Assembly: GCA_963745025.1 (NCBI GenBank)
Contig: CAVUWD010000010.1
Span: 215,718 to 279,717, forward strand
Length of the DNA: 64,000 nucleotides
Reading direction: 5' to 3'
Source: an uncultured delta proteobacterium
GTDB taxonomy: Bacteria; Desulfobacterota; Binatia; JACPRU01
Below are positions 60,190 to 64,000 of the stretch, one piece after another. A program made the position numbers and the translations under genes. The notes beneath the pieces are model-generated. The model was given only the letters and a program-made list of their open reading frames with translations, had not been told where the DNA came from and made no database searches. The stretch's first letter is position 1, and every line of letters starts with the position of its first letter.

Positions 60190-60922
60190 GCCGACCGTGA
60201 CCTCCGCGGAACCGTCCGAGACCTCCGGAGAGCTCCGGCGAGGCGAGCGATCTCCCGCCGAGTGCAAATTCATTACGAATCGCCTCGTCCAATTCAAGCC
60301 CGAACTGGTCGTGGGCGGAGCGACGATCGTTGCGCATGCACTCCTGAGGGAAGCTTGCGATCTCGCGGGCGAGCGTCTCCGCGGCCTCTCGTGATTCGCC
60401 GTTGGCGACCACGCGGTTGGCGAGGCCCATCGCCAGCGCTTCGTCGGCCTTCACCGGCCGGCCGGTGAGAATCAGGTCGAGCGCGCGGGACAGGCCGATC
60501 AGCCGGGGCAGTCGCACCGTGCCTCCGTCGATCAGCGGCACGCCCCACCGTCGGCAGAAGACCGCGAAGACGGCGTCCTTTTCCGCGACCCGAAGATCGC
60601 ACCAGAGGGCGAGCTCGAGGCCGCCCGCGACCGCGTAGCCGGCCACCGCGGCAATGGCAGGCTTGGCGAGCATCATGCGCGAGACGCCCATCGGACCGTC
60701 TCCGTCGTCGCGGACGCGGTTGTCGAAATGCTTGAGGTCCGCGCCCGCGCAAAACGTTCCGTTCGCGCCCCACAGGACCGCGACGCGCGCCTCCGCGTCC
60801 GCTTCGAAGGCGCGGAACGCATCGGCGAGCGACTCGGCCGTAGCGCGGTCGACCGCGTTTCGGACCTCGGGACGATCGAGGATGATCGTTGTCACGACGT
60901 CCTGCTTCTCGACACGCACCAT
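60170..60922 (-). CDS. Enoyl-CoA hydratase/crotonase family protein
   Basis: RPEVRNAVD, FCAGADLK, AVAGGLELALWCDLR, WGVPLIDGGT. Confidence 0.93.
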   Translation of the reverse strand: MVRVEKQDVVTTIILDRPEVRNAVDRATAESLADAFRAFEADAEARVAVLWGANGTFCAGADLKHFDNRVRDDGDGPMGVSRMMLAKPAIAAVAGYAVAGGLELALWCDLRVAEKDAVFAVFCRRWGVPLIDGGTVRLPRLIGLSRALDLILTGRPVKADEALAMGLANRVVANGESREAAETLAREIASFPQECMRNDRRSAHDQFGLELDEAIRNEFALGGRSLASPELSGGLGRFRGGHGRHGSFST

Positions 60923-60960
60923 GATGTCTCTCCTCGCGCTTGATGCTAGCGAATCTTCTT

Positions 60961-61017
60961 GTGGCAGAGGCCGCCGACATTGTCATCATCGGCGCCGGGT
61001 TCGCGGGCGCCGCGACC
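60961..61017 (+). pseudogene. N-terminal FAD-binding remnant of an oxidoreductase
   Basis: VAEAADIVIIGAGFAGAAT (GxGxxG), after which homology stops. Confidence 0.45.
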
Positions 61018-61118
61018 TGTGCCGTTGGGTGTCTCGGGCAGCGGCGATTCTCGGCGATCGATCCTCCGAGCTCGACCGCTTCTCGCCCGCCCGGCCCGGA
61101 CGTACCGCGGGGCCTTGG

Positions 61119-61559
61119 CTAGGGCGCCGACGGGGGCGCTTGGCTCCCGGTCGACGCGGTCGAGATGGACGCGCGTCCCGCCGCCTGTGAAGCCACGATC
61201 AGCGCGCCGCCGCCGCCGAGCTCGAGCGCGAGCGCGAGCCAGCCGAAGATCCCCGGGTTTCCGTCGACGAAGACGCCGAACAGGCGGCCGGTTCCGGTGC
61301 CGATCCAGAGGAGCCCGAGAAGCAGCAGTCTGCCCTGGTGCTCGCGCGGATCCGGTGCTGAGAGGAGGGTGAAAACGGCGGCGACGATCAGCATCCCGCC
61401 GTAGACGGCCCGCACCTCGCCGCGCACCAGCGTCGCCGGCGCGTCGCTCGCCACGGCGTAGCCAACGAAGCTCATGATCCATTCCGGGCGGAAGAGACCG
61501 CCGAGACCGAGGAGGAGTGTGAGGGCGCCGACGACGGCAACGACGATTCGCGCGTTCAT
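61119..61559 (-). CDS. DUF4345-like membrane protein
   Basis: Four TM helices; EVRAVYGG and GRLFG..VDG motifs. Confidence 0.75.
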   Translation of the reverse strand: MNARIVVAVVGALTLLLGLGGLFRPEWIMSFVGYAVASDAPATLVRGEVRAVYGGMLIVAAVFTLLSAPDPREHQGRLLLLGLLWIGTGTGRLFGVFVDGNPGIFGWLALALELGGGGALIVASQAAGRASISTASTGSQAPPSAP

Positions 61560-61608
61560 ACCGCCTCGACCATAGCATCACGGCCGAAAATGGCGAAGAC
61601 TTGAACGC

Positions 61609-62229
61609 ATGGGCGAGCCGAGTTCCCCGACATGGCGTTGGGTGGGAGACCGAGCGATCCTGCGCGAGTTTCCCGGCGACGACCTCGCTCGCCGAAATCA
61701 ATCGGCGCGAGCGCTTTACGATCGAGTTCGCGACTTGCGGCTCGCCCAGGTCGAAGACGTGGTTCCGGCGGCCGCTTCGCTGCTCGTGCTGCTGCGCGCC
61801 GGCGAGGCGCCGTCGCCTGGTCTGATCTCTGCTTTCGAGCGGGTGGAGGAGGCGGCTAGCGTTGCGGCCGCCCGCGAGCCGCGCGTTCACGAGATCGGGG
61901 TGGCCTACGGCGCAGACGCCGGGCCCGATCTTGCCGAGCTCGCCCGCGTGCACGGCCTCGACGAAGGCGCCGTCGTCGAGCTCCATGCGTCGGTCCGTTA
62001 CACGGTCGGCTTTCTCGGCTTCTCGCCGGGGTTCGCCTATCTGATCGGACTTCCCGCGACGCTGGCCACACCTCGCCTGGCGACGCCGCGCACGCGGGTG
62101 CCGTCGGGCAGCGTCGCAATCGGCGGCGAATTCACCGGCATCTACCCGCGTGCGACACCCGGGGGCTGGCGGATCCTCGGCCGCACCGACGTCTCGCTTT
62201 TCGATCCGGGCGACGACCCGCCGACACGC
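61609..62229 (+). CDS. pxpB: 5-oxoprolinase subunit B / allophanate hydrolase subunit 1 (C-terminally truncated)
   Basis: GDRAIL, GPDL, GFSPGFAYL, PRLATPRTRVPSGSVAIGG.FTGIYP..TPGGW.ILGRT; breaks after LFDPGDDPPT. Confidence 0.82.
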
Positions 62230-62550
62230 TCTGGAAGTTCAGGTGCTGCACATATCCAAGAAGGAACAGCGAGAGCGCTTGCAAGCGAGGCTCGACGAGC
62301 CGCAAGTCGCTGGAAGTTCAACCCAAGCGACCTTGAAGATCGCAAGCTGTGGGACGAATACCAAGAGGCCTACGAGCTGATGCTCAACGAGATGCTCGAC
62401 GGAATGGGCGCCGTGGTATGTCATTCCCGCGGATCGCAAGTGGGCGCGCAACGCTGCAGTCGCCTTCATCGGTGCGCGGAGACGCTAGAAGCAATGAGCC
62501 CGCAATATCCGAAGCCGGATTGGAAGCCGAAAGACTTCAAAGTGGAGTGA
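62230..62550 (+). pseudogene. C-terminal fragment of a polyphosphate kinase 2 (PPK2) family gene, frameshifted
   Basis: [60 protein letters not shown], spread across frames. Confidence 0.75.
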
Positions 62551-62606
62551 GGTTGCTCGTCACACGCCGGCCACGGGGCGGGCCCGGCTACGGGAAATGC
62601 GAGTAG

Positions 62607-63867
62607 ATGGATCAGGAAGAGCTGTTCCGTCGCCTGGGCGTTCGCTGGCCATCGGTTTGCTCGTTGGCCTCGAACGCGGTTGGCAAACACGTGAGGAAAG
62701 CGACCATCAGCGCACCGCAGGTCTTCGCACCTTCGCGCTAACAGGTCTCCTTGGCGGCATTTGCGGACTCACATCTCTTGTCAGCTCCCCATTCGTGCTC
62801 GCCGCCGGGCTTTTGGCTTTCACCGGTGCCCTGGTGACATTCAGCTTCCTTGAGGGCTGCCGCTGAGAAGATTCCAGCGTGACAGGTATCGTCGCCGGCA
62901 TTCTCACCTTCGTGCTCGGTGCCTACGCCACGCTCGGCAATGAGACCGTAGCTGTGGCAGCCGCTGTCGCCATGACTATCCTGCTCGCCCTCCGCGAGCC
63001 GCTGCACAGTTGGGTGCGCAACGTCACCTGGCCCGAAATGCGCAGCGTGCTCGTGTTGCTTGCGATGTCGTTCTTGAGCTACTTCCGATCCTGCCGAACC
63101 GGCCTGTCGACCCTTGGCAGGTGCTCAACCCCTCGGAAATCTGGCTGCTCACTATCCTCATCGCCGCCGTCTCGTTTGTCGGATACATCGCCGTGCGCGT
63201 GCTGGGCGAGCGCAAGGGCATCGCTGTCGCTGCCATTGCCGGAAGCCTGGCCTCCTCTACCGCAACCACGCTCTCCTTCGCCCGCCTCGCGCGGGAGCAC
63301 CCGCAGGGCGTACGCCTGCTCGCAAGCGGGATTTCGTTGGCCGGCATCACTATGATGGCGCGCATCGTTGTGCTCGCGGGCGTCCTCAGTCGGAGTCGCT
63401 GCTGCGCTCATCTGGCCGAGTGTCGCGGCCGCGGCCGTGCTAGGCGCGGGTGCCGCAGTGCTCTGGTTGCGGCAAAGGCAGAACGGCGCAACGGAACACC
63501 CACAACTGCAGATCAAGAATCCCTTCGACCTTGGCACGGTCCTGCAGCTGGCCGCACTGATCGCGGCCATTCTCTTGCTGGCCAAGTTGGTCGCTACGCA
63601 CGCTGGCAACGCGGGGCTATTCGTTGGCCGCCATTTCCGGCATCGCCGATGTCGATGCTCTCACCCTCTCGATGGCGCGCCTGTCGGGTGTACAGGTGTC
63701 TACTGCGGAGGCAGCCACAGCTATCCTGGTCGCAGCCTCGGTAACACCGGTACGAAAGGCCACGATTGCCGGTTTCGTGGGCGGGACGCGCCTCGGCAGC
63801 ATCGTCGGCGTCGTAAGCGTGATGGCTATTCGGCGCGCTCGGTATCACGTTCGTGATGCTTCGGTGA
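62607..63867 (+). CDS. MgtC/SapB + DUF4010 membrane protein (several frameshifts)
   Basis: LAIGLLVGLERGW, AGLRTFAL, LPILPN..VDPWQVLNP.EIW, SFVGYIA, SSTATT, GIADVDA, across frames. Confidence 0.78.
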
Positions 63868-64000
63868 ATGCACCACTCGCTCATACGTCCCACGACGTCC
63901 CAGACCACGGCCCTAGCGGTCATGTGATCGACCCCCTGAACTGCACCCGCATGACATCTCGCACGAGCAGGGCGCGCAGGTCCCTTGGGCCGTCCCGCGA

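Overview
GC-rich bacterial DNA. The gene content (LLM and F420-type oxidoreductases, a cyclase-AAA-TPR remnant, MoxR/VWA) loosely suggests a Binatia/Deltaproteobacteria-like soil organism, but this is inference only. Many single-base frameshifts in otherwise intact genes point to an error-prone, probably long-read, assembly. The window has three blocks. (1) About 1-23.6 kb is a stress/hypoxia-type island: acs-pdhA-pdhB, a CarS homolog, CBS, USP and BON proteins, a Zn-type ABC pair, a Lon-like protease, a class II cytochrome c, an ArcE-like protein with carbamate kinase, RtcA, an orphan GroEL and Hsp20. Most of its transcription units are preceded by sigma54-like -24/-12 motifs. (2) About 23.7-44 kb is mostly core genes: mutY, glgP, hemW, a HAD hydrolase, lexA with a direct-repeat SOS-box candidate, a MoxR-DUF58-VWA operon, mltG, an M23 peptidase and GDPD, plus divergent selenoneine genes senB/senA. 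(3) About 44-64 kb is an accessory patchwork of oxidoreductases, vapBC, TetR with duplicated operators and many gene fragments. Top finding: two adjacent minus-strand ORFs, an FG-GAP/VCBS-repeat protein and an ASPIC/UnbV protein, are in the same frame and separated only by one UGA (58486-58488), which is followed by a well-formed bacterial SECIS-like hairpin. Together they form a candidate secreted ~762-aa CRTAC1-like selenoprotein, in a genome that also carries selenium-specific senAB genes.
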